A stretch of DNA of 64,000 nt, taken from assembly GCA_963674785.1 (NCBI GenBank), contig OY771555.1:1-64000 (forward strand), in the 5' to 3' direction. Source of the DNA: Caldisericia bacterium. Its GTDB lineage: Bacteria > Caldisericota > Caldisericia > JAAYUI01. Shown piece after piece: positions 1 through 9,894 of this stretch; position 1 is the stretch's first letter, and every line of letters begins with the position of its first letter. The notes under the pieces were generated by a model. That model was not told the DNA's origin, made no database searches, and worked only from the letters and a program-made list of their open reading frames with translations. The position numbers were made by a program, and so were the translations under genes.

Positions 1-563
1 TCATCAACCATGAAGATAAAATCGGTCAATGCGGGAGAGTAGACAGCTCCACCTGCTGATGGTCCAAGGACAAGAGAAATCTGAGGAACAACACCTGAAT
101 AAATTGTGTTCCTGTAGAAAATCTGACCGTATCCAGAAAGTGCATCTACACCTTCTTGAATCCTTGCTCCACCAGAATCGTTGATTCCAATAACAGGTGC
201 ACCGGCTCTTGCCGCCATATCCATAATCTTGGCAATCTTTCGACCATGCATCTCTGAAAGTGAACCACCCATTGTTGAGAAATCCTGGGAGAAAACAAAA
301 ACCAATCTTCCATTAATTGTCCCATATCCCGTAACAACAGCTTCGGCTGGAACATAGTTTTCGGATTCAGGGTAATCCATTCGATGAGAAACAAGAGCAT
401 CAGTTTCTGCAAAACTATCCTTGTCAAGAAGAAGATTTATTCTGTCTCGGGCAGTTTTTTTCCCACGCTTCTCTTGTTTTTCACGAGCAGTTTGATTTTC
501 ATTTTCTGCTCTTTTTAAGCGACGTTCTTTCTCTTCAATATACTCGTTTATATCTTTTGCCAT
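1..563 (-). CDS. Acyl-CoA carboxylase carboxyltransferase (beta) subunit, PccB/MmdA-like; runs off the window edge
   Basis: Not in the ORF track. Manual translation from ATG 563: [15 protein letters not shown]...[16 protein letters not shown]...[18 protein letters not shown]...[20 protein letters not shown]...[20 protein letters not shown], which are classic carboxyltransferase motifs. Confidence 0.92.
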   Translation of the reverse strand, partial: MAKDINEYIEEKERRLKRAENENQTAREKQEKRGKKTARDRINLLLDKDSFAETDALVSHRMDYPESENYVPAEAVVTGYGTINGRLVFVFSQDFSTMGGSLSEMHGRKIAKIMDMAARAGAPVIGINDSGGARIQEGVDALSGYGQIFYRNTIYSGVVPQISLVLGPSAGGAVYSPALTDFIFMVD

Positions 564-572
564 TTCTACAAC

Positions 573-600
573 ATGGTATGCCCTGACTCCTCCATGTCAA
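573..600 (-). promoter_or_regulatory. Sigma70-type promoter, near-leaderless
   Basis: TTGACA-N16-TACCAT, with the -10 box 9 nt before ATG 563. Confidence 0.55.
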
Positions 601-642
601 CAGCAGTATGTTCAATTTCTTTATAAATATTTATTTAATTCT

Positions 643-1326
643 TTATGGGATTTCGAGTTCTTCACCAACATCAAGAATACAGGCTTTTGAATGGCTCTTT
701 GACTTTTCTAGTTTCGATTTAAACTCTTTCGGATCAGCTTTTATAAGATCAAAAGTGTTGTAGTGAATTGGGATGGTCACTCTTGGTTTAATAAACTCAC
801 ATGCTTTAACAGCATCATCAATACCCATCGTAAAATGACCACCAATAGGAAGAAATGCAATGTCTATTGTTTTATCCTCACCGACAAGTTTCATATCAGA
901 GGTCAGCGACGTATCTCCGGCATGGTAGATTGACTTTCCACCAATACTTATTTCGAAGCTAGCAGCCATACCAAGCGATGTTCCATCAGGTGCGGTTGAT
1001 GAATGCAAGGCTTGCCAAAGTTTTACCCAGCCAAAATCAAATGGGATTTTCCCGCCAAAATGTGCACCAATTGCATCAACACCCTTTGATTTTAAATAGT
1101 TAGCAAGTTCAAAAACTGCGAGTACTGTGCATTTATGTTTTTTTGCGAGCTCAATAGTATCGCCTAAGTGGTCTCCATGAGCATGCGTCAATAAGATATG
1201 AGTAGGTTTGAGCTTTTCTGGTGGTTTCGAGTTTGGATTTCCAGAGATAAATGGGTCTATTAATACCCTGGATCCATTGTTGGAAATCAGTACGCATGAA
1301 TGACCAATATATGTAAGCTTTACCAT
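643..1326 (-). CDS. Metal-dependent hydrolase, MBL fold (UPF0173/YtkL-like)
   Basis: GHSC, IDPFISGNP, THAHGDH, YHAGDT, LPIGGHFTM and PIHYNTF motifs. Confidence 0.9.
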   Translation of the reverse strand: MVKLTYIGHSCVLISNNGSRVLIDPFISGNPNSKPPEKLKPTHILLTHAHGDHLGDTIELAKKHKCTVLAVFELANYLKSKGVDAIGAHFGGKIPFDFGWVKLWQALHSSTAPDGTSLGMAASFEISIGGKSIYHAGDTSLTSDMKLVGEDKTIDIAFLPIGGHFTMGIDDAVKACEFIKPRVTIPIHYNTFDLIKADPKEFKSKLEKSKSHSKACILDVGEELEIP

Positions 1327-1391
1327 AAAACTCCTTCTTTAAACAATTTTGGAATCTGGAATTCTCAAGCTAGAGCTGTAAGGAATCATAC

Positions 1392-1910
1392 CTATTTTTT
1401 GAGTTCCCTATGTGCATTTGCAAGTTTCATATAGTTTCTTGCATGTTCTTCAAGTCCATCGATCTCTTCTTTTGTGAGTTCTCGGACAACTTTTCCGGGT
1501 GAACCCATAACCATCGATCTTGGAGGAATTTTTTTTCCAGGTGGAATAAGTGAACCAGCAGCAATTATTGTGTGATCGCCAATTTCTGCTTTATCAAGAA
1601 TTATCGCGCCAATGCCAATAAGACTAAAATCTTTGATTATACAACCATGAAGCATTGCTCCATGACCCACTGTAACACCATTTCCAATGTGAGTGGGGGT
1701 ATCTCTATCGACATGAATTACTGAGCCTTCTTGGATATTCGACATTTCGCCAATGGTTACCTCATTTATATCGGCTCTTATTGTTACACCGGCCCAAAGT
1801 GAAGAGTTTTTTCCAATAACAATTTTACCATTTAAATAAACACCGTTTGAGATAAAAACAGAATCATCTATTACGGGTTTCACATTTCCTAGAAACTCTA
1901 CGTTCATCAA
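1392..1910 (-). CDS. Gamma carbonic anhydrase family protein (YrdA-like)
   Basis: Hexapeptide repeats; IRAD, NIQE, H..., VGHGAMLHGC, GSPGKVVR. Confidence 0.9.
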   Translation of the reverse strand: MMNVEFLGNVKPVIDDSVFISNGVYLNGKIVIGKNSSLWAGVTIRADINEVTIGEMSNIQEGSVIHVDRDTPTHIGNGVTVGHGAMLHGCIIKDFSLIGIGAIILDKAEIGDHTIIAAGSLIPPGKKIPPRSMVMGSPGKVVRELTKEEIDGLEEHARNYMKLANAHRELKK

Positions 1911-1958
1911 ACACCTCAGGTTAATATAATAATATTATAGATAAAATATGTCAATTTT

Positions 1959-3362
1959 CTATTTCAATGGAATCGGACTAATATAGACAGCTGAAAACGA
2001 AGAGCTAGAATCAAAAAGCATTAGTTTTTCAGGGTTTTTTGAGTCTACAAACAAAGTCGCTGCATGGGTGAAACCTTCATCCTTCATCTTTTCAATTGAT
2101 CCTGCATCAAAAACAGAAGTAGGATCGGAAAGAGAGTTTGACTGGGGGGTTCCAACCGTATAAAAGTCTGAACCAAGAGACAGGGGTTCTGACATCTGAT
2201 TTGATTCTATATCAAAACTCACAAGCATTTTTTCAAATTCTGATTTGACTAAAAGAAGTAGTGAGTCTCCACGATGACTGATTATTGAAACACAATCATC
2301 TGCACAATTTATCTGTGTTGTATTACCTGTGTTACTATCAAATAAACAGTTATTTCCATCGGTTGAGCAGAGCACAAGGTTATCAAAACTTGAGACTGGT
2401 TTACAATCGGTAAATGAAGTTTCTCCTGAGGAGTCAATTACTATCCCCTGAGTACCGATGCTTGCAAGTGTCATATTTTCATATGGCCTAAACCACATCC
2501 ACTCATCTGACTCTGGAATCTCAAGATTAGATGTTTTTACTTCAAGAGTTGGAAGTTTCATTGTAGTCAAAAGGTTTTCTTCAGATAATCCTATAAGCAA
2601 ATCACCGTTGGAAAAAGAGTTTTTGAATCTTGGAAGCTCCCTACTTATATCTGTATTTTCTGAATCAATAACATACAACTTTTCGAGGCTCTTCTTGTAG
2701 ATATGTTCATTGCTAAGATAGTATTCCCCGTCACCCTGAAGAGTCTTTTCGATTTTCAATTCCGAATCAAGGAAATGGATAAATCGATTCATGTTATCGA
2801 GACATACAATTTTGTCATTTATGAATCTGTAATCAGAGCCAAAATCGGATTCACCCAAAAGAGTTCTGGTTGATATCTCAAGAGTTATTGCACCGTCTGC
2901 TCCATCTCTGGAAAAAAGACAAATATCACTAGAGATTGATTCAATATTCACGAGATAAGACTTGCTGAAAACATATTCACCAGAACAGAAGACGTGTGAG
3001 CCATTTTTATCATTTACAAGTAAAACAGATCTTTCAGCCTGAGTTTTCAAAACATCGTCAAAAAAGAAATCCATCAATATGAGCGACTCATGGTTGAAAT
3101 CTGTCATCAACATCTGATCGTCAATCATCAGATATATGAAGTCACTTGCAGGATTATAGAAAACCCTTGACGCAGGGATGACAAACTCTGGAACATCACT
3201 TTCTGGTGCCAACCACATCAACTCTGAATCTATACACATGATAAGCTCCATATCACCAGAAAAACCATGGAAGATGGGAGCATCAGTGGCGACAACAACG
3301 CCTAGAAAAGAGACTGAGGCGACAACCAATACCAAGAAAATCGCTAAATACAACCTTTTCAT
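1959..3362 (-). CDS. Secreted hypothetical protein, beta-rich (possible propeller)
   Basis: 467 aa ORF with N-terminal hydrophobic signal; no recognised motif. Confidence 0.7.
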   Translation of the reverse strand: MKRLYLAIFLVLVVASVSFLGVVVATDAPIFHGFSGDMELIMCIDSELMWLAPESDVPEFVIPASRVFYNPASDFIYLMIDDQMLMTDFNHESLILMDFFFDDVLKTQAERSVLLVNDKNGSHVFCSGEYVFSKSYLVNIESISSDICLFSRDGADGAITLEISTRTLLGESDFGSDYRFINDKIVCLDNMNRFIHFLDSELKIEKTLQGDGEYYLSNEHIYKKSLEKLYVIDSENTDISRELPRFKNSFSNGDLLIGLSEENLLTTMKLPTLEVKTSNLEIPESDEWMWFRPYENMTLASIGTQGIVIDSSGETSFTDCKPVSSFDNLVLCSTDGNNCLFDSNTGNTTQINCADDCVSIISHRGDSLLLLVKSEFEKMLVSFDIESNQMSEPLSLGSDFYTVGTPQSNSLSDPTSVFDAGSIEKMKDEGFTHAATLFVDSKNPEKLMLFDSSSSFSAVYISPIPLK

Positions 3363-3596
3363 ACTTTTTACAGAATCACTCCAAGAACTGGAATTGTAAA
3401 CTAAAAGGGGCTTAAATTTATATGTAATAACCTTTTGTTAACCTTTGATCTGACAGAAAATGAGCTTTGACATCATAAAATTACTAGATGTTGTATAAAA
3501 TATTCAACAATGATGAATAGTATCGAACAGATAGTTATAATTAGTATCAGACAAAAAAAGATAAACCCCAAGTTATTAAAGAAGTACCTATAAAAT

Positions 3597-3629
3597 GTCG
3601 GATACTCGGAAAAAAACCAAGTATCCGAC
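3597..3629 (-). terminator. Probable intrinsic terminator of the ileS-ECF-pspC operon
   Basis: Minus strand GTCGGATACTTGG-TTTTTTT-CCGAGTATCCGAC followed by ATTTTAT, 17 nt after the stop at 3647. Confidence 0.6.
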
Positions 3630-3646
3630 GGAACCAATAGTTAGTT

Positions 3647-4792
3647 TTACTGATTTTCGAGTTTATTAAAGATTGAAAGCGTAAACGCACCAGAACCAAC
3701 AAGATAAAGAAGAAGATATGCTGGGACTGTAATCCAAGCAACCTGAGAAACAAGGAGAGGAAGACAGAAAATAAGATGGACAATCACGACACCTGTTGCA
3801 AGTGCAATATACTTATTAACCTCTTTACCCATAAGCTTCCATAACCATTTACCAATCAGTTGCATAATCACAATTCCACCGAGGCTTGCCATCAAATAAA
3901 CAGCGAAGATAATTGCAATCACGGGGAAAACTGATGCAGGCCATAGAAGAACAATCAGAATTAAGCCTGCAATTGGCGCAAGGATAAGCACCCCAAGCCC
4001 AGTGAGAATTGACCATCCAAATTTTTCTTTCACCATTTTCTGAATATGTTTAAACCTATCTTCCCAGAATCTAATGAAGATCATTCCCAGAAGGAACATA
4101 AAAATTGGAGAGATGATAAGTGTTCGCCATGTGGCTTTTTTGCGACCAGAGGCATAATTATCTTCGTAATCTTCGATCTTTGCGTCTGCCTGGTATTTTG
4201 CAGGAAGTTTATTTAAAGCTTCTTCAGAACCAACGCTGATGTTAGCTTTTCCATTAATTTCTGCTGAGTCATCAATTGTTAGGTTTTCACAACTAACCTC
4301 AAAATCACCCATAATCTTACAAGATGATGTTAACGTGACTTCTCCAGCGTAAACAAGAACACTCTTGTCATATGTACCAGTCAAAATAACATTTCCACCA
4401 AATGCATATACGTTGCCAGTTACACTGGAGTTATCATTGATGCTTCCAGCAAAAAGATACATTGAACCACCAAGCTCAACATCACCAGAATATGTAGATG
4501 CACCAATAAATGCTGATCCATCAATTTTTGGATTACTAAGCTTAACATCTTGACCACCAGCAAAAACGTTTCCACTAATTTCACCGGTTACAATACAGTT
4601 TTGCCCAGCAATATAGAGATCACCATCATGCACAAAATCATTATCGGTTTTTGAATTGGTATCGGCAATCGCCTTAATCCCAATCAAATCTTTACTCTCT
4701 TCGAACGGTTGAGCGAAAGCTGTTCCTATTCCAATTAAAACTGCCAATACAAGAACACAAGCCAAAACCTTTCCAATAATTCCTCTTCTCAT
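3647..4792 (-). CDS. Membrane protein with exported bactofilin-like (polymer-forming) beta-helix repeats and C-terminal TM helices
   Basis: Signal peptide; GDLYIAG/GNVFAGG/GSAFIGA/GNVYAFGG repeats; about 5 C-terminal TM segments. Confidence 0.75.
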   Translation of the reverse strand: MRRGIIGKVLACVLVLAVLIGIGTAFAQPFEESKDLIGIKAIADTNSKTDNDFVHDGDLYIAGQNCIVTGEISGNVFAGGQDVKLSNPKIDGSAFIGASTYSGDVELGGSMYLFAGSINDNSSVTGNVYAFGGNVILTGTYDKSVLVYAGEVTLTSSCKIMGDFEVSCENLTIDDSAEINGKANISVGSEEALNKLPAKYQADAKIEDYEDNYASGRKKATWRTLIISPIFMFLLGMIFIRFWEDRFKHIQKMVKEKFGWSILTGLGVLILAPIAGLILIVLLWPASVFPVIAIIFAVYLMASLGGIVIMQLIGKWLWKLMGKEVNKYIALATGVVIVHLIFCLPLLVSQVAWITVPAYLLLYLVGSGAFTLSIFNKLENQ

Positions 4793-4793
4793 T

Positions 4794-5009
4794 TTACCAC
4801 ACCTCTTTTTCTTTCTCTTTATAAATAACTGGTTCCTCTGGAACCACGATCCACATAATTATGTACACCCAAAACGCTGCTGGAATGATAAAGATCATAA
4901 TTAACCTAACAATGACCGGGTCAATCCGGAAATACTCACCAATGCCTCCACAAACTCCAGCAATAACCTTGTTTTTTCTTGAGCGTTTTAATTCTCTGAA
5001 ATCACTCAT
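4794..5009 (-). CDS. pspC: PspC domain protein
   Basis: LKRSRKNKVIAGVCGGIGEYFRIDPVIVRL...YIIMWIVVPEE. Start taken at ATG 5009 (alternative 5024). Confidence 0.88.
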   Translation of the reverse strand: MSDFRELKRSRKNKVIAGVCGGIGEYFRIDPVIVRLIMIFIIPAAFWVYIIMWIVVPEEPVIYKEKEKEVW

Positions 5010-5631
5010 CCTTGGTATCCTCATCTTCGTTTATGTATGTTACCGGGATTTCCTGTGCAGGAGCTTTTTCCTCAGAAGCCCTTCCATCGGATTCCCCTTT
5101 ATTATCAAAATCAAAACTTGTGTCTCGGCTTTTAAACCTCTCATGAGTATTAGCAGGAACTCTAAAACTATTAAATATTATTATTGCACCAATCAAAATT
5201 ATTACTGCCGGTGCAACATAAACAAGCATTCCAGAAATGTTGATACTTAGAAAAACCGCTCCAACAATCAACAGAATTGACGCTGGGATAAGAACTCCTG
5301 CATCTTTTTTGTCAACGAAATAAAGTACTATAAATGCTACACCCACAATTATTGGGAAAAATGGCCAAAGATCACCCATGTTGTATGGGTCAAGAAAACC
5401 CATATTCTGAAGCAAAAACAATGCTCCGATTCCAACGACAATCGTTGCAGGAAAAGCAACACCTTTATCTCTTCCGATGGATGCAAAAAGCATCAGTCCA
5501 ACTCCAATCATAATAAGTGGCCAGATTAAATTCCAATCAAAAGAAAAATTTGCAAATTTAAAGACAAGCAACAACACTCCAACAGCAATCAATGCGATAC
5601 CAAACAAATAACCTCTGTTTTTATTCATCAT
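5002..5631 (-). CDS. LiaI/LiaF-like (DUF5668-type) multi-pass membrane protein
   Basis: Repeated G..LI..G.L.L and (I/L)WP...I.VG hairpins; located between anti-sigma and pspC. Confidence 0.7.
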   Translation of the reverse strand: MMNKNRGYLFGIALIAVGVLLLVFKFANFSFDWNLIWPLIMIGVGLMLFASIGRDKGVAFPATIVVGIGALFLLQNMGFLDPYNMGDLWPFFPIIVGVAFIVLYFVDKKDAGVLIPASILLIVGAVFLSINISGMLVYVAPAVIILIGAIIIFNSFRVPANTHERFKSRDTSFDFDNKGESDGRASEEKAPAQEIPVTYINEDEDTKDE

Positions 5632-5639
5632 AAACCTCT

Positions 5640-6026
5640 CTATTGGTTCTCAATATTATTTATTGACTTCCTCATTTGGAAGATTCGTTTTCCAAGAATT
5701 GACATCACAAAAACCGAAAGGGCAATCACAATTGAATACCCAAGAACAACTAGCACCTGACTTTGAAATATCCACGATATAATCGTGGATAGATCATAGT
5801 CCAAAAATGCGAAAACAATCCCGAGCAAAATTGCCAGTATCGGGATCAGTGAAATAAGCAGGGTGGTTACAAGTTTTCGGGTTTTCTTTTTCTTTTTGAC
5901 TTCACCATCATAAAGCGAAAGTGCTTTTAAAGCCAAATTCTCAGGTGTCCTCCCGAAACACGCTGACTGTAATTTGTTTTCGATAATGTCTGCTTCATCT
6001 TTGCTCTTCATCTTATCCAAGCTCAT
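5640..6026 (-). CDS. Putative membrane anti-sigma factor (2 TM)
   Basis: Overlaps the ECF sigma stop; short cytoplasmic N-terminus then two TM helices. Confidence 0.6.
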   Translation of the reverse strand: MSLDKMKSKDEADIIENKLQSACFGRTPENLALKALSLYDGEVKKKKKTRKLVTTLLISLIPILAILLGIVFAFLDYDLSTIISWIFQSQVLVVLGYSIVIALSVFVMSILGKRIFQMRKSINNIENQ

Positions 6027-6564
6027 ACCCCCCTTCCTCAGGTTGAACGACTTTAAATTTCACAAATAGTTTTTCCAATATCTTTTTTCCTTGATGTATT
6101 CTATTTCTTACAGTTGTCACTGGAACATCGTTGATTTCTGCAATCTCATTGTATGACATACCATGTAGATGCTTCATAACCACAAACGGTCTATATTTCA
6201 TTGGTAGATTTGAGATAGCTTTGACAATCCTGTTTTTGTTCTCATCCATAACAGCATGATCTTCAGGTTCCATATCGTTTGATGCAGGAATAAAACCAAC
6301 ATCATCTTCCATGACATCCATTGATGAGACAGGTTTTTTATCTCTCCAGTAGTTTTTGACAAGATTGATAGCAACTGTTGTAACCCAGGTTTTAAATGAA
6401 CAGGTTTTTCTGAATTTTTTAAAACCCATAAAGGCCTTCATGAAGGCTTTTGCACTCAGGTCTTGGGCATCATCATATCTTCCGACCATTCCATAAACAA
6501 ACGAGAACAGATAATCCTGATGCTGTTCAACAAGTGTTCCAAATAGAATTCGGTCGGAATCTAT
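6013..6564 (-). CDS. ECF (sigma-70 family) RNA polymerase sigma factor, probable ATA start
   Basis: Region 2 (DAQDLSAKAFMKAF...SFKTWVTTVAINLVKNYWR) and region 4 (LPMKYR...GMSYNEIAE...VTTVRNRIHQGK). GGAGG at 6576-6572 lies 7 nt before ATA 6564. Confidence 0.9.
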   Translation of the reverse strand: MDSDRILFGTLVEQHQDYLFSFVYGMVGRYDDAQDLSAKAFMKAFMGFKKFRKTCSFKTWVTTVAINLVKNYWRDKKPVSSMDVMEDDVGFIPASNDMEPEDHAVMDENKNRIVKAISNLPMKYRPFVVMKHLHGMSYNEIAEINDVPVTTVRNRIHQGKKILEKLFVKFKVVQPEEGGYELG

Positions 6565-6584
6565 CTCTTTGCCTCCAATATTGC

Positions 6585-9500
6585 TTATTTCTGGGTAACC
6601 GGAGTTATTCCAATCTTTATCTTCTGAGAATCCAGTTCGAACTCCTGTAACTCCAGATCCACCTGGTGTTCTGTCGAAATCGACACTGAGAGAGTTTCCT
6701 TCTGTATGTAATCTGCCTGTGATCGAACTACTTCGCATATCTCATTAGACCCAGCAATTACGGTTTTGATTTTTTGATCAATTACAAGATCCAAATCTTT
6801 TCTCATACTTTGAATCATTCGAACGATTTCTCTGGCTATTCCTTCATTTATTAGCTCAGGTGTAAGACTTGTTTCAAGCATGATGTCAATTGAACCATCA
6901 CTTTCGATGAAACATCCTTCATCGCTTTTTCTCTCAATCAGAAGGTCAGCTTTTGTTAACTCCATCTCACCATCAATATTAACTATGTATTTACCATCTT
7001 TGTCAAGTTTTCTCAAAACATCCTGACCATCTACCGATCCAAGTTCTTTCATCAACATCGGAATTTTTGAACCAAGTTTTTTTCCAAGTGTTCTAAGATT
7101 TGGTTTAATAGATATTTTACAGAAGTCATCGAGATTGCTTCTTGTGTGTACAGATTTGATGTTGAGCTCCTCAAGAATAAGCTCAGAATACTTCTCAATC
7201 GCATTAACCTGATAATCCTCATTGCATCTGACGGTGATTGAATTAAGAGGCTGTCTGACTTTGATCCTTATTGATTTTCTTGCTTTAAGTCCTACTGAAA
7301 CAACATCCCTCACAAATTTCATCTCACGTTCAAGATCAGCATCAATTTTGTCTTTATCTGATATTGGGAGCTCCTCAAGATGAACGCTCTCTGGTTTTTC
7401 GGGATAGAATGGCTTGATTATGTTTTGATATAACCATTCAGAGATGTACGGAGTAAACGGTGAGAGAAGATGGGTCAATGTCGTCATAACTTCATAAAGA
7501 GTATGATAAGCACTGGATTTATCTGTGTCATCCTCTGATTTCCAGAAACGTCTTCTGGAACGTCTGATGTACCAGTTTGCAAGGTTATCGACAAATTTTG
7601 CAATCTCCCTTGTCGCATGGGTGATGCCATAGGTTTTCATCTCAACATGGACATAATCAATCAGTGTATTGAGTTCCGAGATAACCCATCTATCAAGATA
7701 ATGTCTTTTTCCAAGTGGGACGTGATTTTCTCTTGGATCAAAATCGTCAACATTTGCATACATCTGGAAGAATTTATAGATGTTTCTAAGAGGAAGAAGG
7801 AACTGTCTGAAAGCTTCAGTTACAGTGTTCTCACCAATTCTTGATGTTGTCCATGGTGGAGATGCTGTATAAATTGCCCACCTGAGTGAGTCTGCCCCCT
7901 GGTTATTCAAAACCAACCATGGGTCGAGAACATTTCCTCGAGATTTACTCATCTTCTGACCATTTTCATCAACAATCAGTTCAAGACAAACGACATCCTT
8001 GTAAGGAGTTTGGTCAAAAAGGATTGTTGAAACTGCCATCAATGTATAGAACCACCCACGTGTCTGGTCGATTGCTTCAGAGATAAAGTTTGCAGGGAAA
8101 TGAGTTTCAAACATTTCTTTATTCTCAAATGGCCAGTGCCACTGAGCATATGGCATCGAACCAGAATCAAACCATCCATCTGCAACCTCAGGGATCCTCT
8201 TCATCTCACTTCCACATTTTTCACACTTGAGTGTAACTGCATCTACATATGGTCTATGAAGCTCAAGGTCATCCGGGCAATTATCTGAAAGCTCCTTTAA
8301 CTCGGCTACCGAACCAATCACATGCATATGATCACAATCGCTGTTTGTACATCTCCAGATTGGAAGTGGGGTTCCCCAATATCTTTCACGGCTTATCGCC
8401 CAATCCTTTATTTCACGGAGCCAATCACCAAATCTTCCTTCTTTAATATGGTTTGGATACCAGTTGACCTCTGAATTATTCTTAATCAGATTATCTCGAA
8501 GCTTCGACATCGCGATATACCATGATGGTTTTGCATAATAGAGAAGAGGAGAATCACATCTCCAGCAGAATGGATATGTATGGAAGATTTTTCCTGATTT
8601 GAAAAGTAATCCACGTTTTTTAATATCAACGATGATGTCTGGATCGGCATCTTTAACAAAAACACCTGCCCAGTCAGTAATTGGTTTTATAAACTTTCCT
8701 GACTGGTCAACCGTTACCAATACAGGAAGATCATATTCTCTTGCAACATCCATGTCATCTGCGCCAAAGGCTGGGGCAATATGGACAATACCTGTTCCAT
8801 CTTCAAGCCCAACGTAATCAGCAACTGTCACATAGTGTGCCGGTTTTTCAGGTGGAAGAAAGCTAAAGAGTGGTTTATATTTTTTCCTTTCAAGCTGTGA
8901 ACCAGGAACCTCATAAAGAACCTCGTATTCTTTGCCTTCCATTAGTTTCTCGAGAAGGTTTTTGACCATAACAAGCTTTTCATCCCCTTGTTTGACAATT
9001 ACGTATGTTGCATCAGCTTTAACAGCAACCGCAACGTTTGCAGGAAGTGTCCAAGGGGTTGTTGTCCAAACGAGTAAATATGTTCCAGGATCATCAACCA
9101 GCTCAAGTTTTACAGTTATTGATGGATCTTTTGTGTCTTCCTTGTAGCCCTGTGCAACCTCATGTGACGAAAGAGTAGTTCCACAACGTGGGCAATATGG
9201 GACAACCTTATATCCTTCGTAGAGGAGTCCTTTTTTATGAGTTTCCTTGAGAATATACCAAAGTGTTTCAATGTAATCATTGGTAAGGGTCATATACCTG
9301 TTTTCGAGATCAAGCCAGAATGCAATCCTATCTGTGAGCTTTTCCCAAGCCTTCTCGATTTCAAAAACGGATTCTTTACACTGTTTTACAAACGCTTCTA
9401 TACCATAGTCTTCAATCTGGTCTTTTCCAGATAAACCAAGCTTCTTTTCAATTCCGAGCTCAACTGGTAGACCATGCGTATCCCATCCAGCTTTTCTGTC

Positions 9501-9734
9501 TACCCTATAACCGGTTTGAGTTTTGTATCTGCAAACCGTATCTTTATAAATTCTTGAAAGGCAGTGATGAATACCTGGCAGTCCATTTGCGGTCGGAGGG
9601 CCTTCGAAAAACACAAAATGTGGTTTGTCCTCTCTCCACTTAATACTCTTTTTGAAAATATCTTGCTTCTTCCAGAATTCGAGTATATCTAATTCTTCAC
9701 CTACTACAGACTTTTTTCCAAGTTCTTCAAACAC
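6585..9734 (-). CDS. ileS: Isoleucine--tRNA ligase, type 2 (long form)
   Basis: EGPPTANGLPGIHH, GWDTHGLPVE, WTTTPWTLP, GTGIVHIAPAFG, DWAISRERYWG, DQTRGWFY, KMSKS. GTG start with GGAGG. Confidence 0.97.
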   Translation of the reverse strand: MFEELGKKSVVGEELDILEFWKKQDIFKKSIKWREDKPHFVFFEGPPTANGLPGIHHCLSRIYKDTVCRYKTQTGYRVDRKAGWDTHGLPVELGIEKKLGLSGKDQIEDYGIEAFVKQCKESVFEIEKAWEKLTDRIAFWLDLENRYMTLTNDYIETLWYILKETHKKGLLYEGYKVVPYCPRCGTTLSSHEVAQGYKEDTKDPSITVKLELVDDPGTYLLVWTTTPWTLPANVAVAVKADATYVIVKQGDEKLVMVKNLLEKLMEGKEYEVLYEVPGSQLERKKYKPLFSFLPPEKPAHYVTVADYVGLEDGTGIVHIAPAFGADDMDVAREYDLPVLVTVDQSGKFIKPITDWAGVFVKDADPDIIVDIKKRGLLFKSGKIFHTYPFCWRCDSPLLYYAKPSWYIAMSKLRDNLIKNNSEVNWYPNHIKEGRFGDWLREIKDWAISRERYWGTPLPIWRCTNSDCDHMHVIGSVAELKELSDNCPDDLELHRPYVDAVTLKCEKCGSEMKRIPEVADGWFDSGSMPYAQWHWPFENKEMFETHFPANFISEAIDQTRGWFYTLMAVSTILFDQTPYKDVVCLELIVDENGQKMSKSRGNVLDPWLVLNNQGADSLRWAIYTASPPWTTSRIGENTVTEAFRQFLLPLRNIYKFFQMYANVDDFDPRENHVPLGKRHYLDRWVISELNTLIDYVHVEMKTYGITHATREIAKFVDNLANWYIRRSRRRFWKSEDDTDKSSAYHTLYEVMTTLTHLLSPFTPYISEWLYQNIIKPFYPEKPESVHLEELPISDKDKIDADLEREMKFVRDVVSVGLKARKSIRIKVRQPLNSITVRCNEDYQVNAIEKYSELILEELNIKSVHTRSNLDDFCKISIKPNLRTLGKKLGSKIPMLMKELGSVDGQDVLRKLDKDGKYIVNIDGEMELTKADLLIERKSDEGCFIESDGSIDIMLETSLTPELINEGIAREIVRMIQSMRKDLDLVIDQKIKTVIAGSNEICEVVRSQADYIQKETLSVSISTEHQVDLELQEFELDSQKIKIGITPVTQK

Positions 9735-9777
9735 CGGATACCTCCAACTATAACTGAAATACAGATTAATAGAGCCG

Positions 9778-9805
9778 ATTATACAGCTTCACATTTCTTC
9801 TGCAA
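9778..9805 (-). promoter_or_regulatory. Sigma70-type promoter for ileS; leader too short for a T-box
   Basis: TTGCAG-N16-TATAAT. Confidence 0.55.
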
Positions 9806-9845
9806 GCTAGTTGATAATAATTTCATATTTTGTAAATATCAATTC

Positions 9846-9873
9846 TTGCCAAATAAAAATGCTTATCTATAAT
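9846..9873 (+). promoter_or_regulatory. Sigma70-type promoter for ddl
   Basis: TTGCCA-N16-TATAAT, followed by an AGGGGG SD. Confidence 0.6.
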
Positions 9874-9894
9874 GCTCTACCTATAGGGGGTTTG

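Noticed and set aside
146-427. 93 aa ORF from the track
   Set aside because: Alternate frame inside the carboxyltransferase gene (1-563).
6585-6738. Apparent 154-nt same-strand overlap of the ECF sigma ORF with ileS
   Set aside because: The extension has no sigma features; the SD plus ATA start downstream of ileS explains the gene better.
9735-9810. T-box riboswitch upstream of ileS
   Set aside because: Predicted leader is under about 40 nt and has no T-box consensus or terminator.
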